This document shows, in pieces, positions 8,672 to 17,488 of a stretch of DNA of 24,171 nt (positions within the stretch are counted from its first letter, which is position 1; the number at the start of each line of letters is the position of its first letter). The DNA comes from Thermoproteota archaeon (GTDB lineage: Archaea > Korarchaeota > Korarchaeia > Korarchaeales > Korarchaeaceae). The position numbers and the translations under genes are program-made. A model generated the notes under the pieces. That model made no database searches. It saw only the letters and a program-made list of their open reading frames with translations, and was not told where the DNA came from. The stretch spans positions 1 to 24,171 of the forward strand of contig JAOZFG010000030.1 in the NCBI GenBank assembly GCA_027491435.1. Reading direction: 5' to 3'.

Positions 8672-9748
8672 TCACCCCGTCAACACGAGGTAGAGCCCAA
8701 GGGCCACTAGAAGGGATCCTCCGATCCTCTCCAATAGTACTGGACTTTTGGAGACCTTGGAGAAAGCTCCTGTCGCCTTCCCAGCCAGATAAAGCGTAAC
8801 AGTTAAGGAGGAGGCCATGCCCAGAGCTAGAAGGGATACGCCGGCCAGGCCCAGAGCCAGTTCCCCTGTAGAGCCTATCAACGCTATGTAGCCTGCCAGC
8901 AGGGGAAGGCTACACTGCAAGGACACCAGACCGAAGCTGAAGCAGGCGGCCGGCAGGCCGGATGATAGGATGTTTCTTACCTTCTTGCTTGGCAGAGGAC
9001 AGCTGTCAGAGGCCGTGAACAAGGTGAGGAACCCGAACAGAATTGCTGCTATGGCCAGGGCGAGGGTAAGCCCCTTTATGAGCCCGGCCACTATGGAGGC
9101 CGCTATGACGAACAGCGACCCCAAGGCCAGGGTTCCCAGGAAGGAGGATCCCATGCACACCGCGTAATCCTTGCCCTTCCTGGCCCTACCGAATCCGGCG
9201 TAGGCAGCTATTATAGGGGCCGAACATGGTGAAAAGGCCACTATGGCTCCCAAGAAGGGGAGGAAGGCCAGGGTCGCGTAGTCGAATTTCCTCTCACCTT
9301 TCACCTGCACCGACTCCACCTTCCTCACGTTCTCCAGTATCCAATCCTCCAGATACCTAGTGACGTTGCTGGACCTAACGCCGCCCACTATCTTAGCCAC
9401 TATGGCCCCATCCTTAAGCACCATGAAGGTGGGCGTCTCTTCAACCCCGTAGCTAAGGAATATCCTATCTGTCTTCCCTGGGATTAGGGGCACGTCCATC
9501 ACCTTTACCCCTGGCACGCCAACGCGCTCCAGCCTCTGCCAGTAGGGCTTCATCTCCTCGCACACCTGACAAGTCTCGCTCCAGAACATGACGGCTACGC
9601 TTCCCTTTGATAGCTCACCCTCTAGCTCAGAGGTTATCACTGAAGGCATCGATTTGCCTCCATGACCGGAAAAGGAGACCAGGAGACCCGTGACGAGGGA
9701 GCTCATCACTATCACGAAGGCCAACAGGTTCTGGGACGTTATCCTCAT
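8672..9748 (-). CDS. Thioredoxin-CcdA (DsbD-beta) fusion membrane protein
   Basis: N-terminal anchor, thioredoxin fold (FWSETCQVC...YGVEETPTF), then ~6-TM CcdA with FSPCSAP and SLQCSLP cysteines; ends 4 bp before ccmF. Confidence 0.85.
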   Translation of the reverse strand: MRITSQNLLAFVIVMSSLVTGLLVSFSGHGGKSMPSVITSELEGELSKGSVAVMFWSETCQVCEEMKPYWQRLERVGVPGVKVMDVPLIPGKTDRIFLSYGVEETPTFMVLKDGAIVAKIVGGVRSSNVTRYLEDWILENVRKVESVQVKGERKFDYATLAFLPFLGAIVAFSPCSAPIIAAYAGFGRARKGKDYAVCMGSSFLGTLALGSLFVIAASIVAGLIKGLTLALAIAAILFGFLTLFTASDSCPLPSKKVRNILSSGLPAACFSFGLVSLQCSLPLLAGYIALIGSTGELALGLAGVSLLALGMASSLTVTLYLAGKATGAFSKVSKSPVLLERIGGSLLVALGLYLVLTG

Positions 9749-10154
9749 TGAAGGTTAGATCTACGATTCCAATAAAAAAGGTTTAGCTATAGTTACCTTC
9801 CCTCCTCTCCACGCCTTCAAACCCTTAGGCCCCTTTCTGTAGACCTGACGGCTGCATTCCATTGAAGCTGAAGGTACATTTCCAAAAAGGGAGATGGATC
9901 CTCGGGAGTCCCGTTCCCTAGAGATCTTATTAAGTAGAGCCTCCATCGCCAGATGGAACGGACTTTTCTTCCGCACGGCCACAGCTGCTTTAGGCCTCTT
10001 TCTACCTCCAGTCTTATTTCTGATGGTTATAATGCTCCCTGACTTCACACGGTGTCCTTTGCCCTGAATCCAGCTAGAAGTTCTCACACTGCACCTTACT
10101 GCATTAAAGGCCCAAGTTGCTTTAGTAGACTACCTCGCTACTTCACAACTACCC

Positions 10155-10188
10155 TAACTAGAAATTGGTTTTAATTAGAAATTAGTTT
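10155..10188. repeat. Imperfect 17-bp tandem repeat (2 copies) in the divergent Trx-CcdA / peroxiredoxin intergenic region
   Basis: TAACTAGAAATTGGTTT / TAATTAGAAATTAGTTT, 15/17 identical. Confidence 0.6.
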
Positions 10189-10303
10189 CAACCAAATATC
10201 CCTTTCACTTCTACTTATTTTATACGTATTAGAGTGTAAATCAATCACATTTAAATGAAAGGGGAGGCCGTCACAGAAAATAGATCAAGTCTGAAGCTTA
10301 TCT

Positions 10304-10355
10304 AAAAATTTATAAGTGAGTGGTAGGTCAATCTAACTAGCCATAGGGTGATATC
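10304..10355 (+). promoter_or_regulatory. Archaeal promoter and RBS of peroxiredoxin
   Basis: A-rich BRE-like run followed by TTTATAA (10309-10315); GGGTGA just before ATG 10356. Confidence 0.6.
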
Positions 10356-11015
10356 ATGGAGGAGGGCAAGTTCCCCCTGCTAGGAGACAAGTTCCCCGAG
10401 CTTGAGGTCAAGACCACCCACGGAGTTATAAAGCTGCCCGACCACTTCAAGGGCAAGTGGTTCGTCCTATTCAGTCACCCTGCTGACTTCACTCCGGTCT
10501 GCACCACCGAGTTCGTAGCCTTCCAGAAGAGGTATGAGAAGTTCAGGGAGCTGAACACCGAGCTAATAGGCCTGAGCATAGACCAGACCTTCAGCCACAT
10601 AAAGTGGGTCGAGTGGATAAAGGAGAAGCTTGGCGTGGAGATAGAGTTCCCGATAATCGCCGACGACCTGGGCAAGGTAGCCGCTAAGCTTGGCCTGATA
10701 CACCCCGGCAAGGGCACTAACACCGTCAGGGCAGTCTTCGTGGTCGACCCCAACGGGATAGTGAGGCTGATCCTCTACTACCCGCAGGAGATCGGCAGGA
10801 ACATAGACGAGATCTTAAGGGCAATAAAGGCCCTGCAGACCTCAGACGCCAACGGGGTTGCCACTCCAGCCAACTGGCCTGAGAACGAGCTCATAGGCGA
10901 CAAGGTGATAGTGCCTCCGGCCAGCGATGTCAAGACCGCTGAGGAGAGATTGAAGAAGGCCGAGGCTGGAGAGCACGAGTGCTACGACTGGTGGTTCTGC
11001 TACAAGAAGCTCTAA
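10356..11015 (+). CDS. Peroxiredoxin, Prx6-type archaeal thioredoxin peroxidase
   Basis: [14 protein letters not shown] active site, [16 protein letters not shown] and C-terminal CYDWWFC. Confidence 0.96.
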   Translation: MEEGKFPLLGDKFPELEVKTTHGVIKLPDHFKGKWFVLFSHPADFTPVCTTEFVAFQKRYEKFRELNTELIGLSIDQTFSHIKWVEWIKEKLGVEIEFPIIADDLGKVAAKLGLIHPGKGTNTVRAVFVVDPNGIVRLILYYPQEIGRNIDEILRAIKALQTSDANGVATPANWPENELIGDKVIVPPASDVKTAEERLKKAEAGEHECYDWWFCYKKL

Positions 11016-11046
11016 ACTTCCCCCCTTTTATTGTTAACGAACGTCG

Positions 11047-11076
11047 GTGGAGGGTGGTGGCCCTCTACTTTTATTT
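11047..11076 (+). terminator. Hairpin plus T-rich tract downstream of peroxiredoxin
   Basis: GTGGAGGG-tggtgg-CCCTCTAC followed by TTTTATTT; a second pyrimidine run CCCCCCTTTT lies just after the stop. Confidence 0.5.
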
Positions 11077-11487
11077 CAGGCCTTCTAGTAAAGCTTTAAC
11101 CGTTTTCGGATGAATTTTCGACGATCCTAACTTAAGGTCCCTGAACCTCCACTCGCCCTCACTAAGTTAGTAAAGAGTTTAGATCAGGCCTTGGGAATTT
11201 CCTCGCATGTATCCAGAGTTCGCCGGCACCATTGATCCACAACCATCTCTAAACAAGTCACTTGCACGCCTCTCTCCTAACATGAGCTGAGGAGCTACTT
11301 TTCCCTACGGTGTGATGCCCCTCGGCCCTAGGTCGAGAGCACTTACCTCTCAGGCCAGACCTAAACGCATGGCAAGATTTACCACTCTAATTCCCCCAGA
11401 AGTCTGAGGATGGCCGGTCGCTCGCTGTTGTGTAAGGGTGAACGCTCAACTTAGCTTTTATCGCCCTTCCCGCCCCCTTAAGTGCCT

Positions 11488-12882
11488 TCAATCGGGTTTA
11501 CCCTTAAGGGACCTCAATATCTTCATCAGCCTCTCCCTCTTATCCTGAAGACTCTTTATCTCCCTCTTAAGCTTCAAAATCTTCACAGCGTTCCTAATCC
11601 TCTTGACTCCAGTTTCTTCCTGAAGGATGAGTAGCCTGTTCTTCCTGTCCTCTATGGCCGCCTCAATCAAGAGAAGTGACTCCTCCGCCTCCCTCACGTA
11701 AGGTTCCAGCCTCTCCTCCAGGGAGTTCAGCTCGTCCTCGTACTGCTTTTTCAGGATTTCGTAAACGCTCTCCTTCACCTCGCCCCTCCTCTCCTCAAGC
11801 CTCTTTAGCAGGGCCCTGTAGTAGTTCCTCTTGGATACTAGCTCCTTAACAGGCCTGGAGGTCAGCCTGCTGGACGGCATGGACCAGACGTCCTCAAGCC
11901 TTATCCTCTCTCTAAGTCCCTCTTTTCCTTTGGTTCCCCCTTGAAGGACCGTTTTCCCTTGAGAAATCACTTTCATAGCCTCTTCATCCTCCGCCCCAAG
12001 CTCTTCAGCGATCTCATGCTCTTCAACAAGGTCCGGCTCCATTATGTACCTGACCACCTCGTCCAGGCTTGGAGGAGGTCTCGGAATGGGACTAGGCGTC
12101 TCGCCCCTATGCTTAGTCTTAACCTCACCCACTTTAACGAACCTGGGCCTGTCTACAAAGGGCCCCTCCACGTAGGCAATGCCCTTGTCCAACTTCCTTA
12201 TCCTCCTAACAGTCTCCCTGTCCAGCCCCAAGAACTTGGCTATGACCGATATATCCGCGTTGTACTCGACCCTGAGGATCACCTTGTTCTCAACCTGGCT
12301 TATCAAGGTCTTGGACACCAGTTGAGGCCTTTGCGTTGAGAAGAGTAATCCTACCCCTCTCTTCCTACCCCTAGTGGCCAAAGTAGTCAACCAAGTTGAG
12401 GTCAGCTCGGCGTGCTCTCCGAAGACGCTCCTAGCCCCCCTTTCAGGGGCCAACTCCCTGGCCTCATCGACTATGACCAGGAAGCCCTTGGCTCCCGTGT
12501 TCATGAGCTCCTGCATAAGCTTAGCAGCTAAGGAGGTAGCCTCCTCAGGCTGATACTTGGACATATCCAGGACAAAGCTGACCCCCTCCACAGACATCTT
12601 AACGAGCTTCCTCAACGAAGCCTTCCTCAGGTCTACGTCTCCCTCAGGGGAAATTATGAGCATCTCGTATCTGTCAGCCAAGGAGACGTGCTCGCCCTCC
12701 GGGTCCAGTATGCCCAGGGGGTAGCCCTTCTCCAGCAATTGCTCGGCGATCCTCCTTATGGTCCATGACTTCCCATAACCTGTCTTAGCTATTACCGCAG
12801 TCCTGCCGGTCAGCAGCTCGGGAACCCTTAACTTGACTTCCTCGTCAGTGTCAACGTCTTTTCCTAAGATGATCCAGTCCAT
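11488..12882 (-). CDS. HerA/FtsK-superfamily (DUF87) ATPase with C-terminal coiled coil
   Basis: Walker A AKTGYGKS, DPEGE, Walker B VIVDEA, RGRKRG and STQRP motifs, HRGETP end motif, then Pro/acidic linker and coiled coil. Confidence 0.88.
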   Translation of the reverse strand: MDWIILGKDVDTDEEVKLRVPELLTGRTAVIAKTGYGKSWTIRRIAEQLLEKGYPLGILDPEGEHVSLADRYEMLIISPEGDVDLRKASLRKLVKMSVEGVSFVLDMSKYQPEEATSLAAKLMQELMNTGAKGFLVIVDEARELAPERGARSVFGEHAELTSTWLTTLATRGRKRGVGLLFSTQRPQLVSKTLISQVENKVILRVEYNADISVIAKFLGLDRETVRRIRKLDKGIAYVEGPFVDRPRFVKVGEVKTKHRGETPSPIPRPPPSLDEVVRYIMEPDLVEEHEIAEELGAEDEEAMKVISQGKTVLQGGTKGKEGLRERIRLEDVWSMPSSRLTSRPVKELVSKRNYYRALLKRLEERRGEVKESVYEILKKQYEDELNSLEERLEPYVREAEESLLLIEAAIEDRKNRLLILQEETGVKRIRNAVKILKLKREIKSLQDKRERLMKILRSLKGKPD

Positions 12883-12939
12883 CTGATTTGGTCAGGAGGT
12901 CTCAGTTAAATAGGTGATGCGGCCTAGTGACTGAGTGGT

Positions 12940-13668
12940 ATGCCAGCGGACTACGAGTGGGAGGAGTGGGGGCTTTACTACCCCGGGGGGGACAGGAAGG
13001 TTCTAATGGTCCACGGCTTCCTATCCTCCCCAATGAACCTGGACTACCTAGCTAGGAGGTTAAACGAGAGCGGTTACACGGTCCTATCGGTCAGGCTTCC
13101 AGGACATGACAGGAGGCCAGATGATCTGGCAAGGATTTACTGGCAGGACTGGCTTGAGTACGTCGAGCTAGCTTACAAGGAGTTCGGCCCTTCCCTGGTG
13201 GTGGGCGAGTCCACAGGTGGCAATTTGGCCCTTCTTATGGCCTCTAAGGAGGAGGTGCCTGGCTTAGTTCTCCTAAGCACCCCCTATAAGCTTAGGGACA
13301 GGAGGATGAGGTACATACCAATATTGAGGGATAAGTGGTGGGAGACCACTTACGACGTCAAGGATTCGGAGGCCGTAGCCTACGTATACGACATCTTCCC
13401 GGTGGAGTCGATAATTCAGGTGAAGGAGCTGATAGACAAGTCCTCTGAAATCCTTGAGAAGGTAAGGTCCCCGGTATTGATAATTCACAGCACGCAGGAC
13501 GAGACAATACCTTTCGAGAACGTCTTTGAGATAATTAGAAGGCTGGGAAGCGATTCTATAGAGCTTTACAAGGTCAGAAGGTCCGGTCACCTGCTGGCAA
13601 TAGATTACGATAAGGAGCTCGTGTTGAACAAGATTCTGGAGTTCGCCAATAGGGTCCTAAAAAAGTAG
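12940..13668 (+). CDS. Alpha/beta hydrolase (carboxylesterase/monoacylglycerol lipase-like)
   Basis: HGF oxyanion motif, LPGH, nucleophile elbow GESTGG, catalytic D (QDET) and H (SGHL). Confidence 0.92.
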   Translation: MPADYEWEEWGLYYPGGDRKVLMVHGFLSSPMNLDYLARRLNESGYTVLSVRLPGHDRRPDDLARIYWQDWLEYVELAYKEFGPSLVVGESTGGNLALLMASKEEVPGLVLLSTPYKLRDRRMRYIPILRDKWWETTYDVKDSEAVAYVYDIFPVESIIQVKELIDKSSEILEKVRSPVLIIHSTQDETIPFENVFEIIRRLGSDSIELYKVRRSGHLLAIDYDKELVLNKILEFANRVLKK

Positions 13669-13676
13669 GGAAGGGT

Positions 13677-14354
13677 TTACTCCTTCTTCAATCTAGGTAA
13701 GAGCTCCTCCTCAGCGTACTTCTTCACTACGTCCTTGAGCCCCCACCCTATAGCTATGCCGGACCCCACAGCGGCTCCAACTGAGATTCCCCAGGTCATG
13801 GCCTCTATGATCTTCTCCAGCAGCGTGACGTCGATCATCATCTGCTTGAGCCCTATTATCAAGACCACCACGTAGACAACGAACTTGAAGAGGTTCCCGA
13901 ACACGTCAGACCACTCAACGCCCCTCTCCTTCCCGGTGTTTATTATCAGGTCCCCTATCACGTCACCGCCTATGAAGCCGAAGAGTATTATGATGACTCC
14001 CGCAGCCAGGTGAGGTAGGTAGGCAGTTATAGACCAGAGCACGTCAACTAGGGCCTTCATCCCCAGGGCTTCAGCCGCCCAGATTATGGCTATCAGGTAG
14101 ACGAACCACCTGGCTATGACGTCAAAGATCGTCACCACCTTTATGCCGCTTTTCTCGATGGCCTTGCCCACAGAGGTCTTCACTATAAGGTCGTCGACGC
14201 CTATCTTGTCTAGCACGTAAGCTACGGCCTTTCCGAATACCCTGCCGGCTGCCCAGCCCACTATCAGGACGGCTATAACGTAGATTAACCTGGGCACCCA
14301 GTTTATCAGCAGGTAGTAAAGGCTCTCTATTGTCGGAATCTGCATATTTCTCAC
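13677..14354 (-). CDS. CmpX/MscS-like membrane protein (conserved TM-helix repeats)
   Basis: Two repeats (VPRLIYVIAVLIVGW, LPHLAAGVIIILFG) and terminal IAIGWGLKD; no MscS cytoplasmic cage. Confidence 0.8.
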   Translation of the reverse strand: MRNMQIPTIESLYYLLINWVPRLIYVIAVLIVGWAAGRVFGKAVAYVLDKIGVDDLIVKTSVGKAIEKSGIKVVTIFDVIARWFVYLIAIIWAAEALGMKALVDVLWSITAYLPHLAAGVIIILFGFIGGDVIGDLIINTGKERGVEWSDVFGNLFKFVVYVVVLIIGLKQMMIDVTLLEKIIEAMTWGISVGAAVGSGIAIGWGLKDVVKKYAEEELLPRLKKE

Positions 14355-14477
14355 CTCTCAGGTTCTAAGGAGAATAGTAAGACCATATTATTAAAGGTTA
14401 CTCAACGTAATGAATGTAAATGGGCTTGTTCCGGCCCAATTAAGGAGAGTTAGGCTCGGAGATGGCTTCATCTGATC

Positions 14478-14492
14478 TTTCGAAATTCGAAA
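14478..14492. promoter_or_regulatory. 15-bp palindrome in divergent promoter region
   Basis: TTTCGAA-A-TTCGAAA, about 25 bp upstream of a TTATAT TATA-like box at 14518. Confidence 0.4.
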
Positions 14493-14546
14493 TAGAATTT
14501 GGATGGACTGGGGAACGTTATATTTTTTTCCCCTCGAGTAATCGCG

Positions 14547-15188
14547 ATGAGCGCCCCGTTAGACGTGACCTTTCACGTGTTGAACCTGCTTCTAAACCAG
14601 TCAAGGTCTCGAAGACCAGTCAGGATAATTAGTCTGGGCTGGGGCCTGCCAAAATTCAGGAGCGATAGGAAGTGTAGGTCTCTAACCAAGAGCGGAACTC
14701 TTACGGGCTACTTGGTGACTTGTGGGGCGAGGTGTCACAGCGTTATAACTTACTCCAGCTGGAAGCCAGTTAAGGCAGTTAAGGTAAGCGTCGGGGACTA
14801 CCAAACGGTGAAGAAGGTCGAGAAAAGAATGGGAAAGTACGTGCTGCCTCCCCTAATGGTGTCCGCCCCTCAAGGGACGCTTATAAGGGTGGAAGAGGGA
14901 ACGCTAAGCTTTCCTGAGTGTGTTTCAGGGAGCTATCCTCCCCCTCAGACCATACCTTTAATGGGAGTCCCAGGAAGGCCCCTTGTTAGGCCCCTTTACT
15001 TGGGAGAGGAGGTGCTCTTCCTAGTTAGCGGTCTTGACGTCAGGTTCAAGTGCCCTTCTCAGGACAGGTGGTCAGCGGCCAACCACGCCCTGTTAGCCTT
15101 AACCCCGGACTGCGTAATTAAGGTTAAGGGCAGGGAGATGAAGCCTAAAAGGTTCTTAAAGGACTTCAGGGTGTTGAGGGGATCTTGA
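14547..15188 (+). CDS. Hypothetical basic protein, first gene of the MFS-GNAT operon
   Basis: ATG 14547 lies about 25 bp after TTATAT, consistent with a leaderless start; stop overlaps the MFS start (TTGA). Confidence 0.65.
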   Translation: MSAPLDVTFHVLNLLLNQSRSRRPVRIISLGWGLPKFRSDRKCRSLTKSGTLTGYLVTCGARCHSVITYSSWKPVKAVKVSVGDYQTVKKVEKRMGKYVLPPLMVSAPQGTLIRVEEGTLSFPECVSGSYPPPQTIPLMGVPGRPLVRPLYLGEEVLFLVSGLDVRFKCPSQDRWSAANHALLALTPDCVIKVKGREMKPKRFLKDFRVLRGS

Positions 15189-16294
15189 GCCGGAAGCACG
15201 GGCTGTTATTGGTCTTGAGCTCCTTTCTAGCTGCCGTGACCTCCACCGTGATACAGCCAATCTGGCCCTTCGTGGTGGAGAGCGCAGGCGTCAACCCTTC
15301 CTTCTACGGGATAATAGTCTTCGGGTCCAACTTGACTGAGTTCTTGGTAAGGTGGTTCTTCGCCGCCTACTCGCCAGCGGTCATAACCTTCCTGGTAGGC
15401 TCAGCTGGCCTAGGTCTGTCCACAGGCGTACTCTTGCTGGGGGAGAGTCCAGGGGTAGTGCTGGCCTCCCTATCCTCATCCAGGGTGGGAAGGGCCCTCC
15501 ACCTCATGGGGAGGAACCAGATAGTGAGCTCCATGTTTAAGGGAAGGGCGGGCACCGCCTTCGGCTCCGTTAGAACCTTCTGGTTGGTCGGCGGTATAGT
15601 CGGTCCGGCTCTAGGGGCTTACATCTCAGTGACCATGGGAAACGAGTCCGTTTTCCTTTGGGGCGCGCTGTTGGGCGTCCTGTCAGTCGTTATGGCCCTT
15701 CCAGTGGTGAGAGTGGTGAAGAGCAGGCCCAAGGGGGAGCTGAAGTTCTGGAAGGGTTCCTTAAACGAGAGGATAAAGGGGCTCGTTGGCCTGACAGTCT
15801 TGAACAACTTCGCTAGGAACTCCTTCATCCCCTTCCACCTGGTTATGGCCCCTGCCATCTTCTCAGCCGGGGTTGAGCACATAGCCCTGGCGGCTATAAT
15901 AGAGAGGGGCGTTTCTACAGCTTTCGGCGTCCCCGTAGGGTGGCTCTCTGACAGGGTGGATAAGAGGTACGTGCTCATGGCGTCGGAGGCCTTTATGACC
16001 GCTGGTATCTTGATTTACGTTCTTCCCGGAGCCAACGTAACCCACTTCCTTGTGTCGGCCTTTCTGATCGGGGTTGGCATGTCTAGCTACGCTCCAGTGA
16101 TCATGGCAGCGGTGACTGAGCTATCTGAAAGGCCGGAGGATGCGGTAGCGTTCCTCTCCACAGCCGTGTCCTTCTCACGCCTCCCAGCCCCCTTAGTGAC
16201 TGGTTTCCTAATAGGGGCTTTCGGCTACCAGTACGCCTTCCTCTTCTCCGCAGCCTGCCTGCTAGCCGTAGCTGTGGGGATGGCGTTCAAATGA
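15185..16294 (+). CDS. MFS transporter
   Basis: About 12 TM segments; motif A GWLSDRVDKR. Confidence 0.9.
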   Translation: MSRKHGLLLVLSSFLAAVTSTVIQPIWPFVVESAGVNPSFYGIIVFGSNLTEFLVRWFFAAYSPAVITFLVGSAGLGLSTGVLLLGESPGVVLASLSSSRVGRALHLMGRNQIVSSMFKGRAGTAFGSVRTFWLVGGIVGPALGAYISVTMGNESVFLWGALLGVLSVVMALPVVRVVKSRPKGELKFWKGSLNERIKGLVGLTVLNNFARNSFIPFHLVMAPAIFSAGVEHIALAAIIERGVSTAFGVPVGWLSDRVDKRYVLMASEAFMTAGILIYVLPGANVTHFLVSAFLIGVGMSSYAPVIMAAVTELSERPEDAVAFLSTAVSFSRLPAPLVTGFLIGAFGYQYAFLFSAACLLAVAVGMAFK

Positions 16295-16956
16295 CCTGGG
16301 ATTTGAAGGGGTTCATCCCATGGTACAAGGGGATAACTCAGCTAAGGGTATTCTGGGCCAGACCCTTGATCAGCTTCGAGGCCCTGAAGGTCGACGAGGG
16401 TCTCGTGATAAGGGGACGCTGGAGGTATAGGAGAGGGGAGCAGGCCTTCGTGCTGTTCGTCAACGTCGCGCCGGAGCCTGAGGAGGGAAGGGTCAACCTT
16501 TACTTAGGTACAGAGGAGCTGGACTGTAGGAAAAGGGGCGTGGTTTTCTTTTACAGGACCGACAACGACTTCTTAGAGCTCAACCAGGAGGTGAGAGTTG
16601 AGCTCGCAGACGACCTCAGGCTCGTCGAGATGGTTCAGAGGAGGAGCTGGGGCTTCTTCGTCCCTCCTCCACCTGGAAGGGTTGTGTTGCTAGCTCTGGA
16701 CGACGGACCAGTTGGCAGCGTCTACGTCAACCCGGAGAACGGCAACCTGGATTACGGGGTGCACGTGATCAGGGAGAGGTGGAGGCAGAGGATAGGGACC
16801 AGGCTTTTGGTGGAGGCCGCCCATTACCTTAGGGAAAGGGGGCTTCCCAGGATGTCAGTGGTCAGGGTGTTGGGCAGAGGCTCAGACAAGAGGGCCCTCT
16901 CGTTTTACAGGGCCAACAAACCCCTTTTAGAACTTAAAGCCTGTGAGCTTGGGTAG
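16291..16956 (+). CDS. GNAT-family N-acetyltransferase
   Basis: Acetyl-CoA motif HVIRERWRQRIGTRLL and ALSFYR; ATGA overlap with the MFS stop. Confidence 0.85.
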   Translation: MTWDLKGFIPWYKGITQLRVFWARPLISFEALKVDEGLVIRGRWRYRRGEQAFVLFVNVAPEPEEGRVNLYLGTEELDCRKRGVVFFYRTDNDFLELNQEVRVELADDLRLVEMVQRRSWGFFVPPPPGRVVLLALDDGPVGSVYVNPENGNLDYGVHVIRERWRQRIGTRLLVEAAHYLRERGLPRMSVVRVLGRGSDKRALSFYRANKPLLELKACELG

Positions 16957-17003
16957 AAAGGGCTTTAAGGTCTCACCTCTCCTCCCGACCGGATGTCAAG
17001 GGT
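16931..17003 (+). repeat. Direct repeat, left copy (73 bp, exact)
   Basis: AACTTAAAGCCTGTGAGCTTGGGTAGAAAGGGCTTTAAGGTCTCACCTCTCCTCCCGACCGGATGTCAAGGGT is identical to 18796-18868; similarity continues imperfectly to 17021. Confidence 0.97.
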
Positions 17004-17191
17004 AAAATGGAACCCGAGGCCGGATCGCTGGCGCTCTCCAATGGCCTTTCCATCGAGGTTACGTTTGGTCAAAAGGTATTGTCTCTCGTTTAGGCTGAAG
17101 GTGTTTATAGGAGCGACGGGGTGTTGGAAAGGGATAGATCGATCGGCTCCCGCGGCACCATATAGTCGTCCCTCCATGAAGCGGTGATACC

Positions 17192-17458
17192 ATGCTTTAC
17201 GTGAGTGAAAAGGCGTTAAAGCAGTTGGAGGAGCTGGAGGAGAGGGATAGAGAGGCCATAAAGGCCAAGCTGAAGGAGCTGGCCGAGGCCTTTGAGGCCG
17301 GCTTCCTCCCCAGAGTGGACCTGAGGAAGCTCAGGGGGAGGCTCGAGGGCTACTACAGGTTGAGGGTCGGTAAGTTCAGGGTGATACTCTCCCTAAGGTG
17401 GGAAGACGGCTCCGTCTTCGTTTACGAGATACAGAGAAGGAGGTCAGCCTACAGATAG
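17192..17458 (+). CDS. relE: RelE/ParE-family toxin
   Basis: 88 aa: SEKALKQLEEL...LRKLRG...YYRLRVGKFRVI...IQRRRSAYR; GGTGA RBS. Confidence 0.92.
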   Translation: MLYVSEKALKQLEELEERDREAIKAKLKELAEAFEAGFLPRVDLRKLRGRLEGYYRLRVGKFRVILSLRWEDGSVFVYEIQRRRSAYR

Positions 17459-17488
17459 GGTTTTAAGGGGTTGAGGGTTATGAGAGTG

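Noticed and set aside
1331-9167. Shadow ORFs (1331, 1607, 1724, 2522, 4668, 5031, 6085, 6616, 6635, 6994, 7754, 8970)
   Set aside because: Antisense or alternate-frame ORFs inside well-supported genes, with atypical composition and no motifs.
9761-10087. 108-aa basic ORF upstream of Trx-CcdA
   Set aside because: GTG start without a clear RBS, non-host codon usage and no motif; probably spurious or decayed.
11080-11487. 400-bp intergenic stretch as a possible ncRNA
   Set aside because: No tRNA cloverleaf, complete C/D box set or long stem found; GGATGA...CTGA at about 11108-11144 is too short.
16931-17003. The 73-bp repeat as a tRNA-derived att site, CRISPR repeat or IS end
   Set aside because: No T-loop or CCA features, only two copies 1.9 kb apart, direct rather than inverted, and no transposase or integrase.
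16965-17187. ORFs 16965..17177 (-) and 16993..17187 (+)
   Set aside because: They straddle the repeat/island junction, so they are chimeric, and show no protein-like features.
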